Virus record (IMG/VR): IMGVR_UViG_3300033146_004974
Coordinates: 21,851-85,850 of that record
Source of the DNA: a virus
Reading direction: 5' to 3' (one strand)
Length of the DNA stretch: 64,000 bases
The notes beneath the pieces are model-generated. The model saw only the letters and a program-made list of their open reading frames with translations. It searched no databases and had not been told where the DNA came from. Of this stretch, positions 49,375 to 57,169 are shown one piece after another; positions within the stretch are counted from its first letter, which is position 1, and the number at the start of each line of letters is the position of its first letter. The translations under genes were made by a program, and so were the position numbers.

Positions 49375-49746
49375 ATGTTTGAACAAGCATCAAGACAAAA
49401 AATCCGTTTCGCTTCGACAGTTGGTTCTGTTACTGTCGAAGATCTTTGGGATATGAGTTTGTCAAAGCTCAATGCAATTGCAAAGGGATTGAACAAACAG
49501 TTAAAGGAATCCGAGGAGGAGGACTTTCTCAAAGTTTCGACAAAGAAGGATGAGATTCTTCAATTGAAATTCGACATTGTTTTGCACATCTTGCGAACCA
49601 AACAAGAGGAGCAAAAGGCAAAGAGAAATGAGAAAAAGATTGCTGAAGTTCGTCAGACTCTTTTGAGAATTAAAGAGGAAAAGATGAATGAGAACCTTCG
49701 CAATCTTTCAATCGAAGAGATTGAAGCAAAATTGTCAGAACTTTGA
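49375..49746 (+). CDS. conserved phage coiled-coil protein
   Basis: MFEQASRQKIRF...VEDLWDM; AAGGAG RBS. Confidence 0.7.
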   Translation: MFEQASRQKIRFASTVGSVTVEDLWDMSLSKLNAIAKGLNKQLKESEEEDFLKVSTKKDEILQLKFDIVLHILRTKQEEQKAKRNEKKIAEVRQTLLRIKEEKMNENLRNLSIEEIEAKLSEL

Positions 49747-49752
49747 TGAACC

Positions 49753-49779
49753 AGCCACGCGAAAGCGTGGCTTTTTTTA
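49753..49779 (+). terminator. intrinsic terminator
   Basis: AGCCACGC-GAAA-GCGTGGCT followed by a T run. Confidence 0.88.
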
Positions 49780-49805
49780 TGAGAATTTGAAAAAGTTTCG
49801 GAATT

Positions 49806-49859
49806 GAAATAGCGCAAATTGCGCGCGCATTGACAAAACACGGGTGTTTGTGAGAGAAT
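49806..49859 (+). promoter_or_regulatory. promoter with upstream GAAA box
   Basis: GAAATAGCGCAAATTGCGCGC..TTGACA 49830, 18-nt spacer, GAGAAT. Confidence 0.65.
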
Positions 49860-49983
49860 AAAGTGTGAGGAATCGCACGCGTTTGCGCCGCGTCGTTGAC
49901 GCCGCACGCGGTGTCTGCTACTCTGAATGTGGGGCGTTGCAAGCAAGCGACGCGTGCACAAATCAACACCACAAGGTTAACAA

Positions 49984-51498
49984 ATGAGCGCCACAAAGCT
50001 TTCCGATTCTTTTTTTAATTCTTTTTCAGACTTCGAGAAAAAAGAAGTCTTAAAAGAGGAGTTTGACAATTACTTTTTTGAATCAACGTCGTTTCAAGAA
50101 AGTTCGTTCAAAGATTGCGAATTCGTCAATTCACAAATGGGACATTCAATTTTTGATGAATGTTCATTCAAAGATGTTTCGTTCAAAAATTGCGATCTAA
50201 CTTTCGCAATTTTTCGCAATTGTTCATTCCAAGATTGCGAATTTGAGCGTAATCAAATGAAGCAAGCGAGCTTTGAAAGATGTGAGATTTTGGCCAATTT
50301 CATTGATAATAATGTCGAAGGAATGGACATTGTTTCGTCCGTTCTGAAAGCTGCAATCTTCGAACACAAAGATTGCAGGATTCAGAATTCAGAAATTGTT
50401 GGGGACATTGATCTTGACGCTTCCAACATTTATGAATGCGTCAAAATTGACAAAGTTTCAAAACCGTTTGAAAAATATCATTCAAACGGTGTTCTTTTTT
50501 TTGGACAATTCACCGGAAAAATGGTGTACCAGAAAAGGAATATGAATTTTACTCTAGAAACAATGTCAGTCTTTGACGTTCGTTTGACAGAAAATGGCAA
50601 AAAAATGTTTGCCAAGATTCAAAAGTTTGGGAATATCGTTGAAATTTTGATCGATGTTTCCCAAGGAATCAAAAAAGATGTTCATGTCGAATTCCTATCC
50701 TTTTTGCAAGGGAATGTGCAATATGCCTTTTCCAAAAGAATTAAAAAAACCTTGCCTGAGTTCTTTGAAAAAGGTGTTCAATATCGCAAACCAAGGAATG
50801 AAGGGTTAAAAACTTGGAAAGATCACAAATTCCACAAGATTGCAATGCAATTCATTTTGAACGAGATAGGAACAGAATTTCTCGACTTTCCAAAAAAAGA
50901 ACAAGATAAAACTTTAGCTCTGGTTATCAGAGCATATGAGGGTTACCTTGCTCAGGAAAAAGCAAAGAAAGTCCGTGATTTTGCTTTGACGATTGAACTT
51001 GGGAAAAAAGAGGATCTTTCCAAGTTTCAAAAAATGGATTATCCATACACAAGCCAAATGCTAGAATTTTTGGCAATCAATCGAGCAATAGCCGCTGGTT
51101 TTGTTGATCTTGGCGAAGCAAAACAGGCTTTTAGATACGCTATGAATTCCCAGAATTCTTTTTCCAAAACTTTGTCCCTTGTTATGAATAAAATTCAACA
51201 TGTTATGCCTTTTGTTAAAGGTATGACACCATGGGGCAAAAAGATGGAAAATGCTTATATTGTTCGAGAAGTCGCAACAAAAAAAGAGGAGATTGCAATA
51301 ACTTTCCCGATCAATATCAACAAGGCGAGTTCAGAAGTGCTTGCAAAACTTCCCGGAATCAAAGAAGGTTTGGCAAAAAAGATTGTCAACGAAAGAATGA
51401 AGGGGAATTTTGTGAAGGTCGAAGATCTACGCTTTGTGAAGGGAATTTCAAGAGCGAAGGCTAAATCTTTGCAGGCGAAGGGGTTTGCGACGGTTTGA
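49984..51498 (+). CDS. pentapeptide-repeat protein with C-terminal ComEA-like helix-hairpin-helix domain
   Basis: SFQES SFKDC EFVNS...FRNC SFQDC repeats; ININKASSEVLAKLPGIKEGLAKKIV...DLRFVKGI. Confidence 0.8.
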   Translation: MSATKLSDSFFNSFSDFEKKEVLKEEFDNYFFESTSFQESSFKDCEFVNSQMGHSIFDECSFKDVSFKNCDLTFAIFRNCSFQDCEFERNQMKQASFERCEILANFIDNNVEGMDIVSSVLKAAIFEHKDCRIQNSEIVGDIDLDASNIYECVKIDKVSKPFEKYHSNGVLFFGQFTGKMVYQKRNMNFTLETMSVFDVRLTENGKKMFAKIQKFGNIVEILIDVSQGIKKDVHVEFLSFLQGNVQYAFSKRIKKTLPEFFEKGVQYRKPRNEGLKTWKDHKFHKIAMQFILNEIGTEFLDFPKKEQDKTLALVIRAYEGYLAQEKAKKVRDFALTIELGKKEDLSKFQKMDYPYTSQMLEFLAINRAIAAGFVDLGEAKQAFRYAMNSQNSFSKTLSLVMNKIQHVMPFVKGMTPWGKKMENAYIVREVATKKEEIAITFPININKASSEVLAKLPGIKEGLAKKIVNERMKGNFVKVEDLRFVKGISRAKAKSLQAKGFATV

Positions 51499-51525
51499 GC
51501 TAAACAAAACAATTTGCAGAACTTC

Positions 51526-51551
51526 AAGGCACCTTCGGTGCCTTTTCTTTT
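51526..51551 (+). terminator. intrinsic terminator
   Basis: AAGGCACC-TTC-GGTGCCTT followed by TTCTTTT. Confidence 0.8.
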
Positions 51552-51571
51552 GTCTAAATCTAGGAAAAAAA

Positions 51572-51772
51572 ATGTTGGACATTCAATCAACCGCTTTGTA
51601 TCTTGATTCCATCTCAAAGATCCCGCTGGAAAAGAGAGAGGAAGCATATCAGATTTTGTTAAAAATCCCTGGATTCAATGCGCGATTGTTGATTGCAATC
51701 AATGAGTACATTAAGATCAGAAACTTGAGGGGGAACTTGAAAGACTTGGTGATGCCAGAAACAGAACAGTGA
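51572..51772 (+). CDS. hypothetical protein leading the array operon
   Basis: AGGA RBS; GTGA overlap into the first array member. Confidence 0.55.
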   Translation: MLDIQSTALYLDSISKIPLEKREEAYQILLKIPGFNARLLIAINEYIKIRNLRGNLKDLVMPETEQ

Positions 51773-51966
51773 GATACCGAAGATATGTTTCTTTGACAAG
51801 CAATCCTCTAATTTCATCAGCAGAATTTGAAACGTCAACCAAAGCAATTTTGGTTAACAAATTGAGTGATCCGACAAAAAAATGGATTGCAATTGATTAC
51901 CAACCTGAGATTTACTGGGGAAAGAGAGCTATTGAACAACTTTCTTTTGATAAGGCTTGGCAATGA
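51769..51966 (+). CDS. MKFR...WQ family small protein
   Basis: MRYR...IDYQ...FDKAWQ. Confidence 0.75.
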   Translation: MRYRRYVSLTSNPLISSAEFETSTKAILVNKLSDPTKKWIAIDYQPEIYWGKRAIEQLSFDKAWQ

Positions 51967-52184
51967 GGTCCAAAGATTTTAAAAAATGGAACAAGTTCAA
52001 TAATTATAGAATTCAGACAACTGAATATCCTGGGAGCATTGGTGAGCATTTCAAAAGCACAATCGTGCATGGCGAAAAACCATTTGATTTTATTGATTTC
52101 CAGCCAGATATTGTAAACTATTATTCAACATTTTACAGGGCAGTTAAAGAAGGAAAAATTTATTGTTCAAGAGAGTGGCAATGA
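51963..52184 (+). CDS. MKFR...WQ family small protein
   Basis: MRSK...IDFQ...SREWQ. Confidence 0.75.
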   Translation: MRSKDFKKWNKFNNYRIQTTEYPGSIGEHFKSTIVHGEKPFDFIDFQPDIVNYYSTFYRAVKEGKIYCSREWQ

Positions 52185-52411
52185 TGCGTTTTAGAAAAGA
52201 GTCGGAAAAGATTGATAACTTGATCAATCGACATTATTTCTCTTTTAATCATCAAGCTCAATTTGAAGTTTTGAGTGCAACCCTTATTCGTGGTGCAAAG
52301 CCCAACTCCAATGAGAGAAAAAATTTTATAATATTTGTGGAATTAAGCACGATGGATTATATCCAACTTCTTTATGGCAAAACAGGCCCCTTCTTAAGGA
52401 AGCGGCAGTGA
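52181..52411 (+). CDS. MKFR...WQ family small protein
   Basis: MMRFRK...MDY...FLRKRQ. Confidence 0.75.
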   Translation: MMRFRKESEKIDNLINRHYFSFNHQAQFEVLSATLIRGAKPNSNERKNFIIFVELSTMDYIQLLYGKTGPFLRKRQ

Positions 52412-52617
52412 AATTTAGAACAACAATGAGCAGAGTTTCTTGCCCTTTTGAGCTAATTTTTGTCACAAGAGTTCTTGCTAACAGCAAAATAAAATTCTCC
52501 ATATTTTCAGGAATGTGGGAAATTGATTTGATAAATTTTTATACGCAAAAAGGTGAAGAGATAGAAAAAATGAATTTGGCAGATTTATGGCGTTATGAAT
52601 GGGAGGTTTTCCAATGA
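52408..52617 (+). CDS. MKFR...WQ family small protein
   Basis: MKFR...IDL...WEVFQ. Confidence 0.7.
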   Translation: MKFRTTMSRVSCPFELIFVTRVLANSKIKFSIFSGMWEIDLINFYTQKGEEIEKMNLADLWRYEWEVFQ

Positions 52618-52796
52618 AGTTTAGAAACAAATATTGCTTACACGAAAAATCTTTAAAAAAAGATTACTTATTTATAAGTGCTCAAATTTATCAAGATGGA
52701 CCAGCAAATTCATTCATTAATTTTCAACAATGGTGGACTCTTGAAAGAAAGGTTGGATTGTTTTTAGACAAAATTGGCGACAGAAATTGGCAATGA
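52614..52796 (+). CDS. MKFR...WQ family small protein
   Basis: MKFRN...INFQ...DRNWQ. Confidence 0.75.
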   Translation: MKFRNKYCLHEKSLKKDYLFISAQIYQDGPANSFINFQQWWTLERKVGLFLDKIGDRNWQ

Positions 52797-52817
52797 TTGT
52801 TGGAAAGAAGGCGGACC

Positions 52818-53048
52818 ATGAAATCAAGAAGCCAGTTTAAAAACACATCTGAAAGATTCGTTAAAGACAGCATGTTTGAAGCGATGGTTGTTAAAAAATA
52901 TGAGTGGAGAAGCACAACAGGAAAATCAAAAATGCTTGTTTCATTTGGCTGGGGATATGTTGATGAACTTGAATTTGTTAAGTTCAATGGAACAAAACTC
53001 TCAAATTTAAACAATTTCTGCTACAAACATTCAAGAGAATGGCAATGA
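52818..53048 (+). CDS. MKFR...WQ family small protein
   Basis: MKSR...VDE...SREWQ. Confidence 0.75.
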   Translation: MKSRSQFKNTSERFVKDSMFEAMVVKKYEWRSTTGKSKMLVSFGWGYVDELEFVKFNGTKLSNLNNFCYKHSREWQ

Positions 53049-53266
53049 TTTTCAGGAATTTGTCTCAAAATGTTTATGCTTATAGGCCATATGATCCAAC
53101 CATCATTCAACATAGAATATTCGAACATCCATATTCTTTTAAAACTTGTGAATTCACTCATGGATTCTGGACTGATCATCAAGTTTTGGTAAATTTCGGT
53201 GACATTCCAACAAATTTCTTTGGAGAAAATATTTCAAAACGATATTTTTCAGGAGCTTGGCAATGA
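53045..53266 (+). CDS. MKFR...WQ family small protein
   Basis: MIFRN...TDHQ...FSGAWQ. Confidence 0.75.
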   Translation: MIFRNLSQNVYAYRPYDPTIIQHRIFEHPYSFKTCEFTHGFWTDHQVLVNFGDIPTNFFGENISKRYFSGAWQ

Positions 53267-53751
53267 GAAGATTTTTATTTTTAGATTTTGATGGAGTTTT
53301 GAATTCTATTCATTGGTTTAAAACCAGGAGAAGATTTGATCCCATGTTGAATGGAGTTTATTCCGAAGAATTATCGGAAGATTATGATTTAGATCCGTTA
53401 TGCGTAGGATTCCTTAACAAAATTGTAACAAACATTGAAAATCTTGAAATTGTCATCTCGTCGGCGTGGAGAATTTATAAATCCGTTTCTTATTTGGATT
53501 CAATATTGATGAGAAACGGATTTGTTGGAAAAGTATATTCCAAAACTCCTTTTTTACGACATGAAGGGAGAGAAGAGGAAATTTTCTCTTGGTTGCAAAA
53601 AATTGATGATGAGTATTCATTTGTCATTTTGGATGATGAATATATCATGGAACATCCGAGATTTGTTCAAACAAATGTGGAAACTGGTTTGACTGAAGAA
53701 AATGTTCAACAAGTTATCAAACTTTTTCAAGAGGCAGACCATGAATGTTAA
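53263..53751 (+). CDS. HAD-superfamily phosphatase (Swiss-Army-Knife RNA-repair HAD type)
   Basis: FLFLDFDGVLN, IVISSAWR, REEEI, FVILDD, GLT. Confidence 0.85.
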   Translation: MRRFLFLDFDGVLNSIHWFKTRRRFDPMLNGVYSEELSEDYDLDPLCVGFLNKIVTNIENLEIVISSAWRIYKSVSYLDSILMRNGFVGKVYSKTPFLRHEGREEEIFSWLQKIDDEYSFVILDDEYIMEHPRFVQTNVETGLTEENVQQVIKLFQEADHEC

Positions 53752-54013
53752 AAAGAATCTGCAATATTACAAAAAAGATTGCCCCATTTCTCAATTGCCA
53801 AAAGAAATTCGCCATTTTTGGAGCATGGTCAGAAAAAGACAGAAGATTGAAGTTTCAAGAGAATTGGCAAGAGAACTTCGTTTGGCACATTATGTCACTC
53901 ATTATGTGGTTGACAAAAGAGTTTACAAATTCTATCCTCAAACAAAAGAGATTGGCGAATTTCTTTGGCCATACATTGGGGAACATTGCACATTTATTGA
54001 AAATGAAGTTTAG
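53741..54013 (+). CDS. hypothetical protein (not a family member)
   Basis: GAGG RBS; ORF track. Confidence 0.55.
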   Translation: MNVKKNLQYYKKDCPISQLPKEIRHFWSMVRKRQKIEVSRELARELRLAHYVTHYVVDKRVYKFYPQTKEIGEFLWPYIGEHCTFIENEV

Positions 54014-54209
54014 AAAAGATAATGAAGAATTCATGGAAAAAGCATTAGGGATATATAAGATGAGTTTTGCTAATGTTGTGTTGATTGAAAATGAAGATTG
54101 TTCATTCTTCTTTGCGACCTCTAACATGTTTTCAATCGATCACCTACCAGAGATCTTTCTTAATGAAAGAAATGTTTGGCCAAACGAATTCACAAGATCT
54201 TGGCAATAA
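54003..54209 (+). CDS. MKFR...WQ family small protein
   Basis: MKFRK...IDHL...FTRSWQ. Confidence 0.75.
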   Translation: MKFRKDNEEFMEKALGIYKMSFANVVLIENEDCSFFFATSNMFSIDHLPEIFLNERNVWPNEFTRSWQ

Positions 54210-54220
54210 AATGGAAGATC

Positions 54221-54427
54221 ATGAGATATAGAAACATTTTTAAAATGATACAATACCGAGTCAACAAACAATATGGAAGATTTTGGCATTATACAATCGA
54301 TCCCGTTAATACTGCTGAGCCAGCTCATGTTGATGTTGATGATATTGAAATCGATTGTGTTATGACATATGATACTGATTCGGAATATTTTATGTATCTC
54401 TTTCCAATTGACAGATCTTGGCAATGA
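54221..54427 (+). CDS. MKFR...WQ family small protein
   Basis: MRYRN...IDC...IDRSWQ. Confidence 0.75.
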   Translation: MRYRNIFKMIQYRVNKQYGRFWHYTIDPVNTAEPAHVDVDDIEIDCVMTYDTDSEYFMYLFPIDRSWQ

Positions 54428-54624
54428 AGTTTAGAAAATCTTTTGAGATGGTAAGAACATATTGTTTCATTGAATTTGAAACAAGAATTATTATAACAGT
54501 ACCTCACATTGCGCCCAATAGAATGGAAATAAAAGTCACATTTCATAAGACACTGGATTATCTAAAACGTATTGAATTTGGTTATGGAGTAAGAAGAAGT
54601 AATTTTTCTCATGAGGCTCAATGA
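54424..54624 (+). CDS. MKFR...WQ family small protein
   Basis: MKFRK...LDYL...FSHEAQ. Confidence 0.75.
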   Translation: MKFRKSFEMVRTYCFIEFETRIIITVPHIAPNRMEIKVTFHKTLDYLKRIEFGYGVRRSNFSHEAQ

Positions 54625-54815
54625 AGTTCCGTCAAGATATAACAACAACAAAATATAAAAAATTGGGCAACAAATATGCTATACTCTTTCACATCATTAT
54701 ACATTATGGCGAAAGTCATTTGGGAACTGTCCTTAAAGATATCGATTTTGTAACCTCTCACGCAAATGCAGGCAAATATAGAATTACCTCAACTTCTTCA
54801 AAAAATTGGCAATAG
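54621..54815 (+). CDS. MKFR...WQ family small protein
   Basis: MKFRQ...IDF...SKNWQ. Confidence 0.75.
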   Translation: MKFRQDITTTKYKKLGNKYAILFHIIIHYGESHLGTVLKDIDFVTSHANAGKYRITSTSSKNWQ

Positions 54816-54848
54816 AAAATCATGATCTATTGGACAGCGGAATGGGCC

Positions 54849-55055
54849 ATGAAATTTAAGAACATTTTTAAAATAATACAATACCATATTAGCAGGCAAG
54901 ATGGAAGATTCTGGCATTACACAATAGATTTTAGTGATGTTCTTGGGCCTGCTCATGTTGATGTTGATGACGCAGAAATAGATTTCTTAATGACGTATGA
55001 CATCGATTTGGAATACTATATTTACCTCTTACCATTTGATCAGAATTTGCAATAA
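54849..55055 (+). CDS. MKFR...WQ family small protein (paralog of 54221)
   Basis: MKFKN...IDFL...FDQNLQ. Confidence 0.75.
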   Translation: MKFKNIFKIIQYHISRQDGRFWHYTIDFSDVLGPAHVDVDDAEIDFLMTYDIDLEYYIYLLPFDQNLQ

Positions 55056-55063
55056 GAGAATAT

Positions 55064-55108
55064 ATGAAGTTTCAAAGAGATGAGGTTAAGAAAAGGGATT
55101 GGCAATGA
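55064..55108 (+). pseudogene. minimal ('empty') family member, 14 aa MKFQRDEVKKRDWQ
   Basis: ATG AAG TTT CAA AGA GAT GAG GTT AAG AAA AGG GAT TGG CAA TGA. Confidence 0.65.
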
Positions 55109-55314
55109 TGTTTAGAGATCTTTTAGAGAATACTTCAGAAACTTATAATTGTGGTTGGGAAATATTCTCAACAACTTGCCCAGTATTTCTAAGAAAGAAT
55201 CCCGAACGAACTTATTTAAATGTTGATTATTTAGTTGAATACGAAGCATGGGAACATCTTACTCATAGGATTGTTTATAGCTACAAACAAAATTTTGTAC
55301 GAAGTTGGCAATGA
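55105..55314 (+). CDS. MKFR...WQ family small protein
   Basis: MMFRD...VDYL...FVRSWQ. Confidence 0.75.
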   Translation: MMFRDLLENTSETYNCGWEIFSTTCPVFLRKNPERTYLNVDYLVEYEAWEHLTHRIVYSYKQNFVRSWQ

Positions 55315-55535
55315 ATTTTCAAAAAATTGGATGCGTTGTGAAATTTAGAAAAGAAATGGGTAAATATATTCAAGAAGTTCGTTCAATCGTATTTGAAAGT
55401 TACTCTCTTTCTTTTAGCAAATACGATTTTCTAATTGGACCTACTTTTGGTATTACAATGGATTATCAAAAAATTCATTTTAAATCAGGCTTTAAAAGTG
55501 GAACGTATCCTGGCTTTAAAAGAGAATGGCAATGA
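55311..55535 (+). CDS. MKFR...WQ family small protein (alternative GTG start 55338)
   Basis: MNFQ..VKFRK...MDYQ...FKREWQ. Confidence 0.75.
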   Translation: MNFQKIGCVVKFRKEMGKYIQEVRSIVFESYSLSFSKYDFLIGPTFGITMDYQKIHFKSGFKSGTYPGFKREWQ

Positions 55536-55726
55536 AATTCAGAAAAGAGTTGAAAGGCAATTTTAGCCTTTATTCGACAACATTATTCCACACAATCATA
55601 CCAATTTCTTATGACAAAACAAGAGTGGCAGCATGGAGCTTTTCTGATATTGATTATCAATATGGGTTAAATTGTTATGGAGAATTTATTGAACAGATAT
55701 TTGCTTTTTCAAGAGATCGGCAATGA
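55532..55726 (+). CDS. MKFR...WQ family small protein
   Basis: MKFRK...IDYQ...FSRDRQ. Confidence 0.75.
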   Translation: MKFRKELKGNFSLYSTTLFHTIIPISYDKTRVAAWSFSDIDYQYGLNCYGEFIEQIFAFSRDRQ

Positions 55727-55938
55727 AATTTAGAAAAGAGGTTGAAAATGAAGCACAACTGAAAACAACCCCTTTTCTATTTGTTCCTTTTGCAATTATG
55801 TTTCATGAATACCATATTAAAGAAGAGAACAGGGGCTTGCTTTGCTATAGAAGAGTTATTGATCACCTTTGGGCTTTCAATGAAAGCTACCCATTATTCA
55901 ATCAACGAGAATTCTTTTTTGGCAAAAATTGGATGTGA
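55723..55938 (+). CDS. MKFR...WQ family small protein
   Basis: MKFRK...IDHL...FGKNWM. Confidence 0.75.
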   Translation: MKFRKEVENEAQLKTTPFLFVPFAIMFHEYHIKEENRGLLCYRRVIDHLWAFNESYPLFNQREFFFGKNWM

Positions 55939-55948
55939 TGAGGACAAA

Positions 55949-56239
55949 ATGAAAGAATATGAACTGAGGGGAGATTTAAGGGGATATTATGGATACCACT
56001 CTTTTCAAAACTATCCGAACACGGAAGAATCCGGCTGGTGGTTGGGGTTATCCTTTCCAGTCCTAGAGGACCGGGGAGGAGAGCAGTTTTTACACACTCC
56101 AAGACAATTAGAAGAACCCTATTTAATAGTGGGAGATGCTGTTAGGGGGGAAGTAGAGATTAGAGGCAAGAAAAGACAAGTCCGCACCATGACCATATGG
56201 TGTAACAAAAGGGAAATAATCATTGCAAAAATTCTCTAG
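55949..56239 (+). CDS. hypothetical protein (not a family member)
   Basis: GAGGA RBS; MKEYELRGDLRG... Confidence 0.6.
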   Translation: MKEYELRGDLRGYYGYHSFQNYPNTEESGWWLGLSFPVLEDRGGEQFLHTPRQLEEPYLIVGDAVRGEVEIRGKKRQVRTMTIWCNKREIIIAKIL

Positions 56240-56283
56240 TCTCTGCCTTTTTCTTCTTAAGTTAACACACTTTAGGGAATACA

Positions 56284-56496
56284 ATGAAATTTCGTGACAT
56301 TTTGCCTCTTCAAATTCCAAATCCAATGCTGAATTCTTTCTTAACATTTGGAATCAAACTGCCTTTTGTTTTCGGTCATTATTGTTATGATTTGGGGTTC
56401 ATGTACAATCAGGTTGATATTCTTCCAGAACCATATCCTGAAACCTCTGGGGCAAAACCTTTCCGCGCCTTGAGATTTGAAAAAAGTTGGCAATGA
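56284..56496 (+). CDS. MKFR...WQ family small protein
   Basis: MKFRD...VDIL...FEKSWQ. Confidence 0.75.
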   Translation: MKFRDILPLQIPNPMLNSFLTFGIKLPFVFGHYCYDLGFMYNQVDILPEPYPETSGAKPFRALRFEKSWQ

Positions 56497-56696
56497 AATT
56501 TCGTCAAAAATTTGCTAATAAGAAGCCATTTTTGCTTGCACAAATAGTGACATATGCAATTTTCACATACAATGTTAAATTTTACAGATTACTAGGATCT
56601 GGGATTAGTATCAACCCAGTCTTAAAAACGGTTGACTATTTGAATATTGAACAAATGTTTTCAAGAAAAACTCTCTTTTCAAAAGATTGGCAATGA
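56493..56696 (+). CDS. MKFR...WQ family small protein
   Basis: MKFRQ...VDYL...FSKDWQ. Confidence 0.75.
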   Translation: MKFRQKFANKKPFLLAQIVTYAIFTYNVKFYRLLGSGISINPVLKTVDYLNIEQMFSRKTLFSKDWQ

Positions 56697-56719
56697 TTCA
56701 TGCCGACGAAGGAGGAAAC

Positions 56720-56920
56720 ATGAAATTTGTTTCTAAATTTGATGAAATCAATTTTTCCTGTTACGATAATTTTTTGATATATACAATTTCTCCATATTGT
56801 GACGATTTATGTTGCTCATTGGGAACCTTCATTGAAGTGAGACCAATTCTAAAGAATGTTGATCATATCATTCTAGATTATGTTGTGAGGCCAACACCAT
56901 TTGTGAAAGAATTTATGTGA
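56720..56920 (+). CDS. MKFR...WQ family small protein
   Basis: AAGGAGG RBS; MKFV...VDHI...FVKEFM. Confidence 0.7.
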   Translation: MKFVSKFDEINFSCYDNFLIYTISPYCDDLCCSLGTFIEVRPILKNVDHIILDYVVRPTPFVKEFM

Positions 56921-56928
56921 GATGCAAA

Positions 56929-57120
56929 ATGAAATTCAGAGAAACTGAAAAAGATTCTGCAAAATTGAGCACAACTTTTTTTGACAGTTTGGTTGTTGCT
57001 TTCGCATTCCGAAGTGGACTCTATTTCGGACTTAAATATTTTGATTCGCTCCCATATGTTATAGGGGTGAAACCAGCATTTAAGAGGGAAAAACATAATT
57101 TTAACAGAGGTTGGCAATGA
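56929..57120 (+). CDS. MKFR...WQ family small protein
   Basis: MKFRE...FDSL...FNRGWQ. Confidence 0.75.
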   Translation: MKFRETEKDSAKLSTTFFDSLVVAFAFRSGLYFGLKYFDSLPYVIGVKPAFKREKHNFNRGWQ

Positions 57121-57137
57121 AATTTCGTGGCATTTAG
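57117..57137 (+). pseudogene. truncated family stub MKFRGI*
   Basis: TGGCA ATG AAA TTT CGT GGC ATT TAG. Confidence 0.55.
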
Positions 57138-57169
57138 TGCTTTAAAAAAAGTAATATAATGGAACACTA

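Noticed and set aside
46692-56696. ORF-track 'MAM...' N-termini starting at TTG or ATG two codons upstream
   Set aside because: These come from the (T/A)TGGCAATG junction. The conserved MKFR start and the ATGA overlap indicate the second ATG/GTG is the real start.
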